Virus record (IMG/VR): IMGVR_UViG_3300032212_000693
Location: 1-35,889 of that record
Length of the DNA: 35,889 nucleotides
From: a virus
Taxonomy: Duplodnaviria > Caudoviricetes
Strand: one strand, 5' to 3'
Positions 18,403 through 27,946 of this stretch are shown one piece after another. Below the pieces are notes generated by a model. It saw only the letters and a list, made by a program, of their open reading frames with translations, made no database searches and was not told the DNA's origin. Every line of letters begins with the position of its first letter. The stretch's first letter is position 1. The position numbers were made by a program, and so were the translations under genes.

Positions 18403-19413
18403 TTACACTAAAATAACGTTTGCCGGGTTAACGCCTGCAATTGCGTCCAGATTGCCGATTGCATAAGCATCATTTGAGCTGATGTAATCAACAACAGTGT
18501 CAATGTCTGATTCATCCTTAGTGCTTCGACGTGTGCGGCCTTGCTGGTAATACAGGTGTAAGTTTTTCGGGTCTGTCACTAACGCGCCCATGGGGTGAAA
18601 TTTGGGAACTTGCATAGAAGGCAGGCCACCATAAGAGTTCTGCATCATTAAAATGTCTTGCTTCTCGCTGGGTGTGGTGCCATGGGTTGCATACAGTTTG
18701 TTGGTGTCTGCCGCCACAAGTGAACTACCAACAATAGCGACTTCATTACCTGTACGGTGTTCAACGGGAATGCTGGCAAACAAATCAGCAACTAAAGCAT
18801 CAAGGTTTTTATAGTCACCAGTATCGCCAATATTAATGGCATTACTAAGGGGAACTACCTCTTCAAGATAGTGTGTAGGTTTATTGACTCGCAGTAATTC
18901 AAGCCAGCCTATGTTTACGTCTTCACCCAGAGGGTTAAGAATTGGGTCAGTGACAACCGCCACACTGCTACCGTGGAAGCCTATAGACATACGATCAAGG
19001 CCAATGGCGTTGAAAACAACAGGCATGTACATTTCACGCAAATCACCCAGGCGTGCCCACTGGTCTAATGTTGCATAGTCAATGCCAACATCGAATTCAG
19101 TTTTTGCAACTTTAAATTCTGTGCCAGTCGGTGCACCTAGAGCCTTGCCTTTACGTGGGCCTGCTGAGGTATCCGTACGTTTCGCCAGTAGTCCATTAAC
19201 ACCAAGGCGTAGGGCCTGGCCTTCCATGTCCGTGACGGGCATGAGTGTAATTCGATTTAGAAATTCATTACTTTCTTGAATCGCATCATTGAGTTGTGTT
19301 TCTTTTGGTATGGTAATAGCAAACTTTTTAGTTGTGTCTTGATCTGCTACAGCATAAGCAACCGCCATTGCTGACAATAACGAGTTATATGCTATTCGTG
19401 TTTCACTTCGCAT
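18403..19413 (-). CDS. Major capsid protein, P2 gpN family
   Basis: IQESNEFLNRI..YATLDQWA..LDRMSIGFHG..PLGEDVNIGWL..GDYKNLDALV..NLHLYYQ. Confidence 0.96.
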   Translation of the reverse strand: MRSETRIAYNSLLSAMAVAYAVADQDTTKKFAITIPKETQLNDAIQESNEFLNRITLMPVTDMEGQALRLGVNGLLAKRTDTSAGPRKGKALGAPTGTEFKVAKTEFDVGIDYATLDQWARLGDLREMYMPVVFNAIGLDRMSIGFHGSSVAVVTDPILNPLGEDVNIGWLELLRVNKPTHYLEEVVPLSNAINIGDTGDYKNLDALVADLFASIPVEHRTGNEVAIVGSSLVAADTNKLYATHGTTPSEKQDILMMQNSYGGLPSMQVPKFHPMGALVTDPKNLHLYYQQGRTRRSTKDESDIDTVVDYISSNDAYAIGNLDAIAGVNPANVILV

Positions 19414-19474
19414 TTTTGTACCCCTTTGGGTATAGCGTTAATAGTTTATTTATTTTAAAAATGTTTAATATGGA

Positions 19475-20371
19475 TTAAATGAATTCTTTTTCTTTTCCGG
19501 CGTCGCCTTCATTACCACCTTTAAATTTGGGTGGCATTTCTTCTTTGAACTTATTCACCTCAGATTCAAGCTCTGTGATTTTTTTATTTGATAATTCAAG
19601 CTGTTTAGTTACCTCAGACAAAGTAACCTCAGATTCTTGGGTATCATCAATGGCCTCACCGTCGTCATTTTTAGATAATTCAGCCACCGTAGTTGTTAAA
19701 CTGGTAACTGCATTTGTCAGCTTTTGAACGCTTTCAGCCTGGTTGGTGTTTAATTTTTTAAGTTCGTTGAATTGTTCTTCAGTCATATCAGTTTCTTCCT
19801 GATTATCTGTTGCGTTTTTTAATGATTGATTATTTGTAATTCCGATAGATGCCAGAAATTTTGTAAAAATCTTTTGTGGTTCTTCACCTTTTAAAATATT
19901 TTCAATGTTCTCTCCCTCATCGATGCCAAGTGAAAACTCTGTTGGGTCTGAATAAGAGGTATTACCATTGTCATTAGATTTCGAAAATAATTGGAGCATA
20001 GAAGTAGACAAGCTCGCTGGTTCATCAGTAACCGCTAAACCCGTTAGATAAGCTTTGCCAGTATCAGAAAATTTAATTTTTATTTCCATACTGGTAAACA
20101 GTTTTTGACCGGCCATATTAAATTGAATTAAACGGTAGTTAGGTCTTAACTGAGCCTCTAAGGTTGTTTTTCCTTGTTTGTTTTTACCTAAACGAGTTGC
20201 ATGAACTACACCGAGGTTGCCGTACCACTTTTCATGCTCACCATTAATGACAGCCGTGTAAATGTCTGGGTCATATGCTTCAGACATTTCAATTAAATGA
20301 TTTTTTTCAATGGTTCTGCCATCAACCGTAGCGCCTTCAGTGCCAACAGTTACAAACTCAGTAAGTAACAT
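19475..20371 (-). CDS. Capsid scaffolding/protease, P2 gpO family
   Basis: TEGATVDGRTI..YTAVINGEH..QKLFTSMEI..GKAYLTGLAVTDEPASL. Confidence 0.95.
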   Translation of the reverse strand: MLLTEFVTVGTEGATVDGRTIEKNHLIEMSEAYDPDIYTAVINGEHEKWYGNLGVVHATRLGKNKQGKTTLEAQLRPNYRLIQFNMAGQKLFTSMEIKIKFSDTGKAYLTGLAVTDEPASLSTSMLQLFSKSNDNGNTSYSDPTEFSLGIDEGENIENILKGEEPQKIFTKFLASIGITNNQSLKNATDNQEETDMTEEQFNELKKLNTNQAESVQKLTNAVTSLTTTVAELSKNDDGEAIDDTQESEVTLSEVTKQLELSNKKITELESEVNKFKEEMPPKFKGGNEGDAGKEKEFI

Positions 20372-20537
20372 TTAAACGTTCCTATGCGTCGTTGTTTTAT
20401 TTTCGATGGCTCAACAATGCACCCTTTTTTTTAGTCTTTCAAAGTGTTGATGTTTGATATTTTTTGCTAAGGCTAAATCTAAAATAAAGAAAAACTAAAT
20501 AACGTTTACTTATTAATTGCGGCCTTAAAATAGGCCC

Positions 20538-22319
20538 ATGTTATACAGTAAAGAAATACAAGACACCTGTAAAAAAATGTTTATTCGGCAATCTCGTGTA
20601 ATTGATATTGAGCGAGAAACTAAAGTGCCACGCCGTACTATATATTCATGGATTAAAAAACATGGATGGGATGACCTTGTTAAGAAAGATGAAGTATTAG
20701 AGACAATAAACAGGAAACTGGTTACATTACTTGAAAAAGAAAATCTTACAGATCAAGACTTAAATGTTATTGATAGGCTTCAAGCGTTCAGAGAAAAAGA
20801 AATAAAAATACAAACACAAGCAAGCCAGTCATTAGTTTTAAAGGCCGCGCACCATGTTCAGCAAACATCACCTTTAAAAGAAGAAAGTATAAACGAAGGT
20901 AAAACGAGAGCGAGAAAAGGGAGGCGTGGTAAAAATGATTTTCGAGGTATCACACCTGAAGAGATAGAAGAAAAATTTATAAAGGGATTATTTGATTATC
21001 AGATTCAAGCATGGAAGAAAAGACACAAACGAACTCGATTTATACTCAAGAGTCGTCAAATAGGCTGGACATTTTATAGTGCAAGGGAAGCATTTGCAGA
21101 TGCATTAATGACGGGTTCAAATCAAGCGTTCTTATCAGCGAGTAAAGCACAATCACAATTATTCAAACAATACATTGTAAGCTTTGCACTTGAATGGTTT
21201 GATGTTGAACTTAAGGGCGGCGATAAAATAACAATACGTACAGATAATGGCGACGCAACATTATATTTTTTGAGTACCAATTCAAGCACAGCACAAGGCC
21301 CAACAGGTAATTTATATATAGATGAATGTTTCTGGATTAGGGATTTTGAAAAATTAGAAAAATTAGCGGGTGCTATTGCTTCACATAAACACTGGCGTAA
21401 AACATACTTTTCAACACCAAGCACTAAAACACATGGTGCTTACTCTTTATGGTCGGGAGAGAAATACAAAAAGTTACAGGAAAAAAATACTGAACTTCCT
21501 GTTTTTAAAATGCCTACAGAAAAACAATTGCGTAAAGGGGTTGATTGTGTAGATGGCATGTACCGGCAAATCATTACTATTGAAGATGCAATGGGAGGCG
21601 GTTGTAACTTATTTGATATATCAGTATTAAAACTTGAAAATGACCCTGAAACTTATGCCCAATTATATCTATGTAAATTTATTGATGATTCAGCCAGTGC
21701 CTTTGTTTTAGATGAGCTTTTAAAATGTAGTTTGGAGGATACTCGCTGGTCAGACTATAAGCCAGACAATCCAAGGCCGTTTGGTAACAAACCTGTATAT
21801 ATTGGTTATGATCCAGCCAGACACAGAGACAGTGCTGAAATCGTTGTTATCGCACCACCGTTTAAGCCAGGTGGAAAGTTTAGAGTGCTTGAAAAGATAA
21901 CCATGCATAAAAAGAATTGGGCGTTTCAGGCCGAACAAATTAAAAGCCTTTGTGATAAATATAATGTTGAACATATTGGCATTGATATTACTGGCCCTGG
22001 TTCAGGTGTATTTGAACGGGTACAGGAGTTTTACCCTGCTGCCCAGGCAATTTACTACAGCCAGGAAACTAAAACTAAACTGGTATTAAAGGCTCAAGAA
22101 GTGATAAGCCAGGAACGCATTGAATGGAATGCTGGCTTTACAGATATACCACAGGCATTTTTAGCAATAAAGCGTAAGAGTGTTGGCAACAACATTACAT
22201 TTGTAGCAGCACGTGACAACAATATAGGCCATGCTGACTCAGCATGGGCCATAATGCACGCGCTAATTAAAGAAGGTTTAAAATCAATCGGTTCAACCAC
22301 AAGCACATATATTGTTTAG
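20538..22319 (+). CDS. Terminase large (ATPase) subunit, P2 gpP family
   Basis: LKSRQIGWT, FLSASKAQS, LYIDECFW, STPS, IGYDPAR and GHADSAWA. Divergent from the scaffold gene. Confidence 0.96.
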   Translation: MLYSKEIQDTCKKMFIRQSRVIDIERETKVPRRTIYSWIKKHGWDDLVKKDEVLETINRKLVTLLEKENLTDQDLNVIDRLQAFREKEIKIQTQASQSLVLKAAHHVQQTSPLKEESINEGKTRARKGRRGKNDFRGITPEEIEEKFIKGLFDYQIQAWKKRHKRTRFILKSRQIGWTFYSAREAFADALMTGSNQAFLSASKAQSQLFKQYIVSFALEWFDVELKGGDKITIRTDNGDATLYFLSTNSSTAQGPTGNLYIDECFWIRDFEKLEKLAGAIASHKHWRKTYFSTPSTKTHGAYSLWSGEKYKKLQEKNTELPVFKMPTEKQLRKGVDCVDGMYRQIITIEDAMGGGCNLFDISVLKLENDPETYAQLYLCKFIDDSASAFVLDELLKCSLEDTRWSDYKPDNPRPFGNKPVYIGYDPARHRDSAEIVVIAPPFKPGGKFRVLEKITMHKKNWAFQAEQIKSLCDKYNVEHIGIDITGPGSGVFERVQEFYPAAQAIYYSQETKTKLVLKAQEVISQERIEWNAGFTDIPQAFLAIKRKSVGNNITFVAARDNNIGHADSAWAIMHALIKEGLKSIGSTTSTYIV

Positions 22320-22328
22320 GTAAATAAC

Positions 22329-23342
22329 ATGTCAAAGAAAAGAAAATATAAACACCATAAGAATAAGAATAATAAAAATAACTCATCTACATTTAGTTTT
22401 TCTATTGATGACGCCGAACCTTTAGGGAACAATAATATATCAGATATTATAGATGTGTTTTATGATCCCTGGAACGAAGTGTATACACCACCAATAAAAA
22501 TGAGTGATTTGAGTTCATTGACACGAGCGAACGGAATACATAGGCGATGTATTAATTTTAAAGTTAATCAAATGGCTATATGTTTTGTTAAGAATGGATT
22601 ATTAAGTTTTCGTGATTTTAGGCGTGCCGCTCGTGAATTGGAAACATATGGAAATATATATTTTGAAATTATAAAAAATAGACTTGGGCAATGGGTTCGT
22701 TTACAGCACTTACCAACATTGAATATGCGTAAATGCAAAGACAACCGCTTTAAAATGCTTGGTCATAATAGTGATGATATATATTTTAATGAAGACGAGG
22801 TATTGCATACGGGTCATTATGATACAGGTCAGGACATTTACGGAATGCCTGACTGGATTGGTTGTTTTCAAGATGTTTTATTAAACTCTGAGGCGACATT
22901 GTTTCGTAGAAGATATTATTTAAATGGGAGTCATATGGGATATATTCTTTACACTAATGACCCAAATTTAGATAAAGCAACTGAGAAAGAGCTTATTAAA
23001 AAAGTTTCAGAAGGTAAGGGTGTTGGTAACTTTAAATCAATGTTTATTAATATCCCAAATGGAACAGAAAAGGCTGTACAGATAATTCCAGTGGGTGACA
23101 TATCGAAAAAAGATGAATTTGAAAAAGTTAAAAATATAAGCGCTGATGACATAATTGTTGCTCATGGAATTTATCCAGCACTTGCAGCAATGAAGCCTGA
23201 TAATGTTGGTGGTTTCGGTGATATAGAAAAAACGGGTGCATACTATAGAGCCAATGAAGGTCAGTCTTTAGTTCATCCTTTTATGGAACTAAATGAATTA
23301 ATGCCAAACAATATGAGGTTTGATTTTGATTTCAATAGGTAA
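22329..23342 (+). CDS. Portal protein, P2 gpQ/PBSX family
   Basis: QDIYGMPDW..LNSEATLFRRRYYLNGSHMGYI..GVGNFKSMFINIP..GGFGDIEK. Confidence 0.96.
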   Translation: MSKKRKYKHHKNKNNKNNSSTFSFSIDDAEPLGNNNISDIIDVFYDPWNEVYTPPIKMSDLSSLTRANGIHRRCINFKVNQMAICFVKNGLLSFRDFRRAARELETYGNIYFEIIKNRLGQWVRLQHLPTLNMRKCKDNRFKMLGHNSDDIYFNEDEVLHTGHYDTGQDIYGMPDWIGCFQDVLLNSEATLFRRRYYLNGSHMGYILYTNDPNLDKATEKELIKKVSEGKGVGNFKSMFINIPNGTEKAVQIIPVGDISKKDEFEKVKNISADDIIVAHGIYPALAAMKPDNVGGFGDIEKTGAYYRANEGQSLVHPFMELNELMPNNMRFDFDFNR

Positions 23343-23527
23343 AGTTCCTTTTTTAAATTTGTATTGATATATAATTTATTTTTTTATTTATAGTATTTTT
23401 TTTTGGAGAAATTAAATTGCCATATTTAATCATAAGTTTGTCATTATTGATTGGAACAAGTTAGTAGAAAAGTAGTATTATTACTCATCAATATTATTAT
23501 ACTTATAAGAAAGGAATGTAGATTTAA

Positions 23528-23791
23528 ATGTCTAGAATATTATGTCCACATTGTGGGAAAGCACTACAAATCACAACTACAAAACAGGTAACACCAACTG
23601 TTCGTGATGTTTATGCAAATTGTAACAATGGAATATGTCTAGCAAGACCGGTAATGACAATAAGTCACAAATGCGATAGGCAACCACCTTTAAGTCAATT
23701 GACTGGAACAGATGGATTATTAGAAAAAATGTTAGGTGATCTTGATATTAAAACGCGGGAGAGAATATTGAATAAATTTGCAACAGAATAA
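23528..23791 (+). CDS. ogr: Ogr/Delta-like zinc-finger late gene activator
   Basis: CPHCG..YANCNNGIC C4 motif. AAGGA RBS. Confidence 0.85.
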   Translation: MSRILCPHCGKALQITTTKQVTPTVRDVYANCNNGICLARPVMTISHKCDRQPPLSQLTGTDGLLEKMLGDLDIKTRERILNKFATE

Positions 23792-23798
23792 ATCATCA

Positions 23799-23836
23799 AA
23801 ATAAAAAAGCCTGTATATTTACAGGCTTTTTTATTT
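23799..23836. terminator. Bidirectional terminator between ogr and the convergent gene
   Basis: AAATAAAAAAGCCTGTA-tatt-TACAGGCTTTTTTATTT perfect inverted repeat. Confidence 0.88.
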
Positions 23837-23851
23837 GAAATAACTAATAAG

Positions 23852-24145
23852 TTATGCTGTTACTTTAGGAAATGGAGCCCAACTGATTATTTTACCCGCT
23901 ATTTCTTGCCAGCCTTCATTATCTTCAGCTATGCCCATCCACTTTTCACCGTCTTTATAGCCATACCATGTATCTTGTGTTGTTTCGCAAGAACCATTCG
24001 TTTGTTCAACCAAAAATAAAACAGGTTGCTTGTCATCGGGTTGAAAGTTACTTATGTGTACACCACTGATAGTAAGATAACTTGGTTTTGATTTTCTGCC
24101 TCCTTTCTTAATTATGAGTTCGATATCCTTTTTTGAATCAGTCAT
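23852..24145 (-). CDS. Small DUF551-like protein, paralog of part of 25010-25654
   Basis: VLFLV..DTWYGY..KWMGIAEDNEGWQEIAGKIISWAPFP. Likely ATG at 24145 (97 aa). Confidence 0.7.
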   Translation of the reverse strand: MTDSKKDIELIIKKGGRKSKPSYLTISGVHISNFQPDDKQPVLFLVEQTNGSCETTQDTWYGYKDGEKWMGIAEDNEGWQEIAGKIISWAPFPKVTA

Positions 24146-24202
24146 TGGTACATCTCTTATTGAATTGTTAAAGTACCTTAACATATTGTTTGTGTTTTTA
24201 GG

Positions 24203-24231
24203 ATATTAAAAGTATTTACAGATTTGATCAA
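24203..24231 (-). promoter_or_regulatory. Putative sigma70 promoter for the 97-aa gene
   Basis: TTGATC-N17-TAATAT on the minus strand. The region is AT-rich, so this is uncertain. Confidence 0.4.
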
Positions 24232-24236
24232 AAACA

Positions 24237-24268
24237 AAAAAAGCCTGTATTAAACAGGCTTTTTTTTT
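24237..24268. terminator. Terminator after the TA operon
   Basis: AAAAAAGCCTGT-attaa-ACAGGCTTTTTT, same stem as the 23799-23836 terminator. Confidence 0.85.
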
Positions 24269-24290
24269 AAAAAAATAAACATTAAAACTA

Positions 24291-24623
24291 TCAGCTCAAC
24301 TGATTTATATCGCAATCTAAAATAGTTGCCCATTCCTCTAATGTGCTTACCTGATTTTTTTTACCTTTCTTTTCAACCTGGGCCACCGCGCCCTGTGTAA
24401 CATTTAATTTGTCTGCCATTTGCTGTTGACTAAGGCCACGATACAAACGCCAGGCTTTCAAAGGTGTATGACCATCAACTGCAATTAGCATAGCCACATC
24501 ATGGGGTAAAGTTACATTATCATCGTCACCAGTTAGTGCTAAGTATTCGTCATAGGGGACAACGGCATAAAGGGGCTGGTTATCAGCCCCCAGTATAAAT
24601 TGTGGTTTAGTATGTGCGTTCAT
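24291..24623 (-). CDS. Xre-HTH antitoxin (HigA-like)
   Basis: PLYAVVPYDEY N-terminus, then PLKAWRLYRGLSQQQMADKLNVTQGAVAQVE HTH. Overlaps the toxin gene end. Confidence 0.88.
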   Translation of the reverse strand: MNAHTKPQFILGADNQPLYAVVPYDEYLALTGDDDNVTLPHDVAMLIAVDGHTPLKAWRLYRGLSQQQMADKLNVTQGAVAQVEKKGKKNQVSTLEEWATILDCDINQLS

Positions 24624-24867
24624 CTCGTTTTACTACCTTCTCAATTTTGATAATTTCTAAACTTTGTTCAATGTTAAAAAGCACCCGGTAATTACCTACC
24701 CGTAAGCGGTAATCCTGATCATGATTTATTAATGCTTTTACATTTACGTGATTAATTGGGTCAGTTTGCAAGGCTCCAACTGCACTACCTATAGCACGTC
24801 TCTGGTTCTGCGGTTGAATTTTACTGAGTTGCTTAACTGCTCTCTTTGTCCATTCGATTGTAAACAT
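24607..24867 (-). CDS. RelE/ParE-superfamily toxin (toxin-first, HigBA-like order)
   Basis: IEWTKRAVKQL..VKAL..YRLRVGNYRVLF..VVKRDERTY. Confidence 0.92.
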   Translation of the reverse strand: MFTIEWTKRAVKQLSKIQPQNQRRAIGSAVGALQTDPINHVNVKALINHDQDYRLRVGNYRVLFNIEQSLEIIKIEKVVKRDERTY

Positions 24868-24893
24868 ATTATAAGTTTTCCCATTGCTTAAAG

Positions 24894-24968
24894 CTAATAA
24901 TATTAGTTATATATTAGGTTGTCAAGCATTAAATCTAATAATATTAGCTAAATAACTAATATTATTAG
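24894..24968 (-). promoter_or_regulatory. TA promoter with three palindromic operators
   Basis: -35 TTGACA (24925-24920), N17, -10 TATTAT (24902-24897). CTAATA-W-TATTAG at 24894-24906, 24935-24947 and 24956-24968. Confidence 0.85.
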
Positions 24969-25009
24969 TTGCCATCTTCTGGTTATTGCATTGCATGATA
25001 GAAATAATG

Positions 25010-25654
25010 TTAGGTAATTTTCACAAATTTAATCATTCCCTGGTTCGACTTTCTGCACGCTTTGCACATGTACAGCTTTTTCCCATTGAACGTATTAGTA
25101 CCCTTTGCGCCAGACGTTTGGTCACGTAACTGTACAAGCTTTACATCTTCATTATTGCACCAGTTATTAATTACTTTATTTTCGCAATTGATTTCTGTGG
25201 ATAGTTGTGGGAATGGTAACCAGCTAATTACTTGGCCTGCCATTTCTTGCCAACCCTCATTATCTTCAGCAATGCCCATCCATTTTTTACCAATTTTATA
25301 ACCAAACCATGTATCTAATGGCCTGCTTTTATCTTCATTAGTGTTATCAACTAAAAACAATATTGCTTCACCATCCTTCGGAAGTGATTCCGTAACTGGC
25401 ATTCCATGAAGAACAAGACTGTTTGCGTCTGACACACTACTATTTAGATTGTTATGTTTGTCTAAGACAGTTAATGGGTCATTCATCCATGAAATTGCTT
25501 CATCATCATTGCTAAAAAAACCATCTGGAAAGACAGCATATCTTGAGCATTCGGGAAGCATATTTTTAATGTTTATTTTGTCTTGTTTAGTTAAAGAAAC
25601 CATCATTGGGACATTACTGTTTTTGAATATTTTTTTTCCAATTTTTAGAATCAT
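25010..25654 (-). CDS. Modular hypothetical phage protein with central DUF551-like domain and Cys-rich C-terminus
   Basis: 214 aa. Central block is near-identical to the 97-aa paralog. C-terminal CKAC. Confidence 0.7.
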   Translation of the reverse strand: MILKIGKKIFKNSNVPMMVSLTKQDKINIKNMLPECSRYAVFPDGFFSNDDEAISWMNDPLTVLDKHNNLNSSVSDANSLVLHGMPVTESLPKDGEAILFLVDNTNEDKSRPLDTWFGYKIGKKWMGIAEDNEGWQEMAGQVISWLPFPQLSTEINCENKVINNWCNNEDVKLVQLRDQTSGAKGTNTFNGKKLYMCKACRKSNQGMIKFVKIT

Positions 25655-25688
25655 GCTTATTCGCCTTTGTTTGTGTGTCGATCAGTTA

Positions 25689-25919
25689 TTAACAATACTG
25701 TAAAGTTTTAATTGTTATATATAAATTTCCGTGAGTTATACCTAGTCTTTTTGCAACATCACGCTGAGTATCAACGTCGCAGTTATTCAGATATAACAAT
25801 GCTTGAAATTTGTTTGTATCTTTTAGAACTTCGCGTTTTTCATCAATGTAAGATGAACATAAAACTGTTTGGCTTTCCATTGAATCAATAATTATCTGTG
25901 CAACATAATTAAGTGCCAT
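25689..25919 (-). CDS. Hypothetical early protein, possible C-terminal HTH
   Basis: 76 aa, GAGGA RBS, TQRDVAKRLGIT. Confidence 0.6.
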   Translation of the reverse strand: MALNYVAQIIIDSMESQTVLCSSYIDEKREVLKDTNKFQALLYLNNCDVDTQRDVAKRLGITHGNLYITIKTLQYC

Positions 25920-25969
25920 AATATTTCCTCTTTAATTTTTTTATGCTGTGTTGTTAAGTTATCAATACT

Positions 25970-26242
25970 CTATGGATAAAAAGGGCTGTTCAGCCATTCA
26001 ATAATGATGTCTCTTTCTTCTTTATCAATACTGGCTACTGCATCAACAATATCAAAACCGTAACGCTTGTTATCATGAAACCAGATAGATGCGAAAAACT
26101 TAGCCATTTGTATTTCACCTGAACTCATTACGCAAAGCTGTGACTCAAACTGATCGACAAGTAGTTCACGTTTTTCTTTGACCCATAGGCCCTTTATTCT
26201 TGGTGCGCGTTCTAGTAGTCTAAAAAATCGATCTTGACTCAT
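25970..26242 (-). CDS. Hypothetical early protein
   Basis: 90 aa, AGGAGAG RBS, co-oriented in the early operon. Confidence 0.7.
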   Translation of the reverse strand: MSQDRFFRLLERAPRIKGLWVKEKRELLVDQFESQLCVMSSGEIQMAKFFASIWFHDNKRYGFDIVDAVASIDKEERDIIIEWLNSPFYP

Positions 26243-26264
26243 TGTGTCTCTCCTATTTAATAAA

Positions 26265-26456
26265 TTAAATTCTGTATTCGTCTATAAGCTTTTCAAGCTT
26301 TTCAGAAAACTCTTTACGACGATTACCCTCCACCCAAAAATCACCATCAATATTTATCTTTGTGTCCAGATATTCACCGTCAATATGATCAATATCCATT
26401 TCAACGGATAATTCATCACCTATATACTTACTTTCTTTAACTCTTTTAATGCCCAT
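26265..26456 (-). CDS. Hypothetical early protein
   Basis: 63 aa, GAGG RBS. Confidence 0.65.
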   Translation of the reverse strand: MGIKRVKESKYIGDELSVEMDIDHIDGEYLDTKINIDGDFWVEGNRRKEFSEKLEKLIDEYRI

Positions 26457-26491
26457 CTATATAACCTCATTAATTGATATAAAAATATTTA

Positions 26492-26710
26492 TCACTTAAA
26501 TTTAAGTGCATGGATTACTTCATTATTACAATCTTTATGAATTTTATTCTGCCAAGGTACGATGCTGTTTATTACCTGGTCATTTTCCTTGAGTAGTAAC
26601 TCAACTGATTCAAGCTGGCTTCCAGAATCTTTCGCATCGTCAACAAATGCCTGTAGTTCTTTAGCCATCTTATTATTAATATTTAATAGTTTTTCTTCGT
26701 TTGTAGTCAT
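26492..26710 (-). CDS. Hypothetical early protein
   Basis: 72 aa, tightly packed after the upstream gene, GAGGG RBS. Confidence 0.6.
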   Translation of the reverse strand: MTTNEEKLLNINNKMAKELQAFVDDAKDSGSQLESVELLLKENDQVINSIVPWQNKIHKDCNNEVIHALKFK

Positions 26711-26716
26711 TATGTT

Positions 26717-26983
26717 TTAATTACCCTCATCTGTTAGTTGGTTATGTTTTTTTTGTTCAATTACATGAACAGCGCCAAAGGCTTTTTTAAACTTATTAAA
26801 AGTATCATCGATCATTAATTGTGCTAAATCAGGTTCTTTGTTTTTTATTTCACGCCAGAGAATTTGTTTTTCTGATTCTTCCAAATTATCTATACAAATA
26901 TAGTTTTCATAATCAGATTTACTTTTTACAAAAGGTTCAGGCATTACATAATCAGGTGACCAGTAGCATTTATCATGTTTCAT
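26717..26983 (-). CDS. Hypothetical early protein
   Basis: 88 aa, ATGA overlap with the upstream gene. Confidence 0.65.
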   Translation of the reverse strand: MKHDKCYWSPDYVMPEPFVKSKSDYENYICIDNLEESEKQILWREIKNKEPDLAQLMIDDTFNKFKKAFGAVHVIEQKKHNQLTDEGN

Positions 26984-27921
26984 GTCTGCTCAACCAGGTT
27001 AAAGGTTCGGCCACCCTCAATACGTTCAAGCACTCCCATAGCAATTAAATCTTCAAAAATATTTTTTATAAACGAATGTCCTTTTTTATGCTCGGTCATA
27101 ACTGATCTAACACGAGGCGACATTCCAAATTTCCCATTAATGATTTCGTTTTTAATGACTTCATCAATGCCTTCATTTATGACAGCTTGTTTAATCTTCT
27201 TTTGTTTGTTGTGTTTAATACTTGTTTTTGAAATCTTCACAGAAGAACAATAAGAATTTGTTACTGCAAAGCAAAGCAATGCACAGATATCAACTAGAGC
27301 CGCCATAACAAACCAGAGCCCCCACCTTAACTCCCCAGTAAATGCCGCTAGAGAGGCCCCGGCGGTTTTAGTGGTGGTTTGTATCGAGCTAAGCTTATTA
27401 ATCGCGTCAGCTTGAGAATTTGCCGCTTTCTGAGCGCTTCTTAATAGTCGTCCAGCATCCCATGAGTTGCCTTTGTCATTTGCGGTTATTGCGGCGGTCT
27501 TTAATGCTTTGTTCTGTTCGCCTAAATCACTTATTAATTGTTTCTGAAATAGATAAACATCACTGTTTTTTAAATTAATATTATTTTGAGAAACAAAACG
27601 ACTTTCAAAGAAACTGGCAGTTCCAGAAACGCTGATTATCAACAGAAACAACAATGCGATACTTAACAGAATGCTGAGTACTGTTTTTTTAAGCCGTGCC
27701 ATATGCATAGCAGCACCCAAAAACACAAATTGACACCCAACTAAAGCAACGGCTGTTACTGTAGCAATGACTTTATCCGTAACTGATTCAGTGAAATCTA
27801 TAAAAAACAACACTTCACACATAATAGATACGCCCGCAAGGATGACACCAAGCAGTAAGATCAATTTATTTTGTGACTTAAAGGCTAAGTTAGTATCTTC
27901 ATCTATATATTTAATGTTCAT
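26980..27921 (-). CDS. Multi-pass membrane protein with coiled coil and C-terminal wHTH-like domain
   Basis: Three N-terminal TM segments, a helical loop, a fourth TM, then IKNIFEDLIAMGVLERIEGGRTF. Confidence 0.7.
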   Translation of the reverse strand: MNIKYIDEDTNLAFKSQNKLILLLGVILAGVSIMCEVLFFIDFTESVTDKVIATVTAVALVGCQFVFLGAAMHMARLKKTVLSILLSIALLFLLIISVSGTASFFESRFVSQNNINLKNSDVYLFQKQLISDLGEQNKALKTAAITANDKGNSWDAGRLLRSAQKAANSQADAINKLSSIQTTTKTAGASLAAFTGELRWGLWFVMAALVDICALLCFAVTNSYCSSVKISKTSIKHNKQKKIKQAVINEGIDEVIKNEIINGKFGMSPRVRSVMTEHKKGHSFIKNIFEDLIAMGVLERIEGGRTFNLVEQT

Positions 27922-27946
27922 ATAATTACCTTATTATTAATAAATA

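Noticed and set aside
20372-20537. Ogr binding sites (TGT-N12-ACA) and a P2-type cos site
   Set aside because: Divergent late promoters are expected here, but I found no convincing match. The P2 cos sequence was not recognised anywhere in the window.
23811-24257. LexA boxes at CTGT..ACAG
   Set aside because: Spacers are 6 and 5 nt rather than 8, and both are terminator stems.
23852-25370. Diversity-generating retroelement template/variable repeat pair
   Set aside because: Both copies are coding, differences are not adenine-specific and many are synonymous, and no reverse transcriptase is present.
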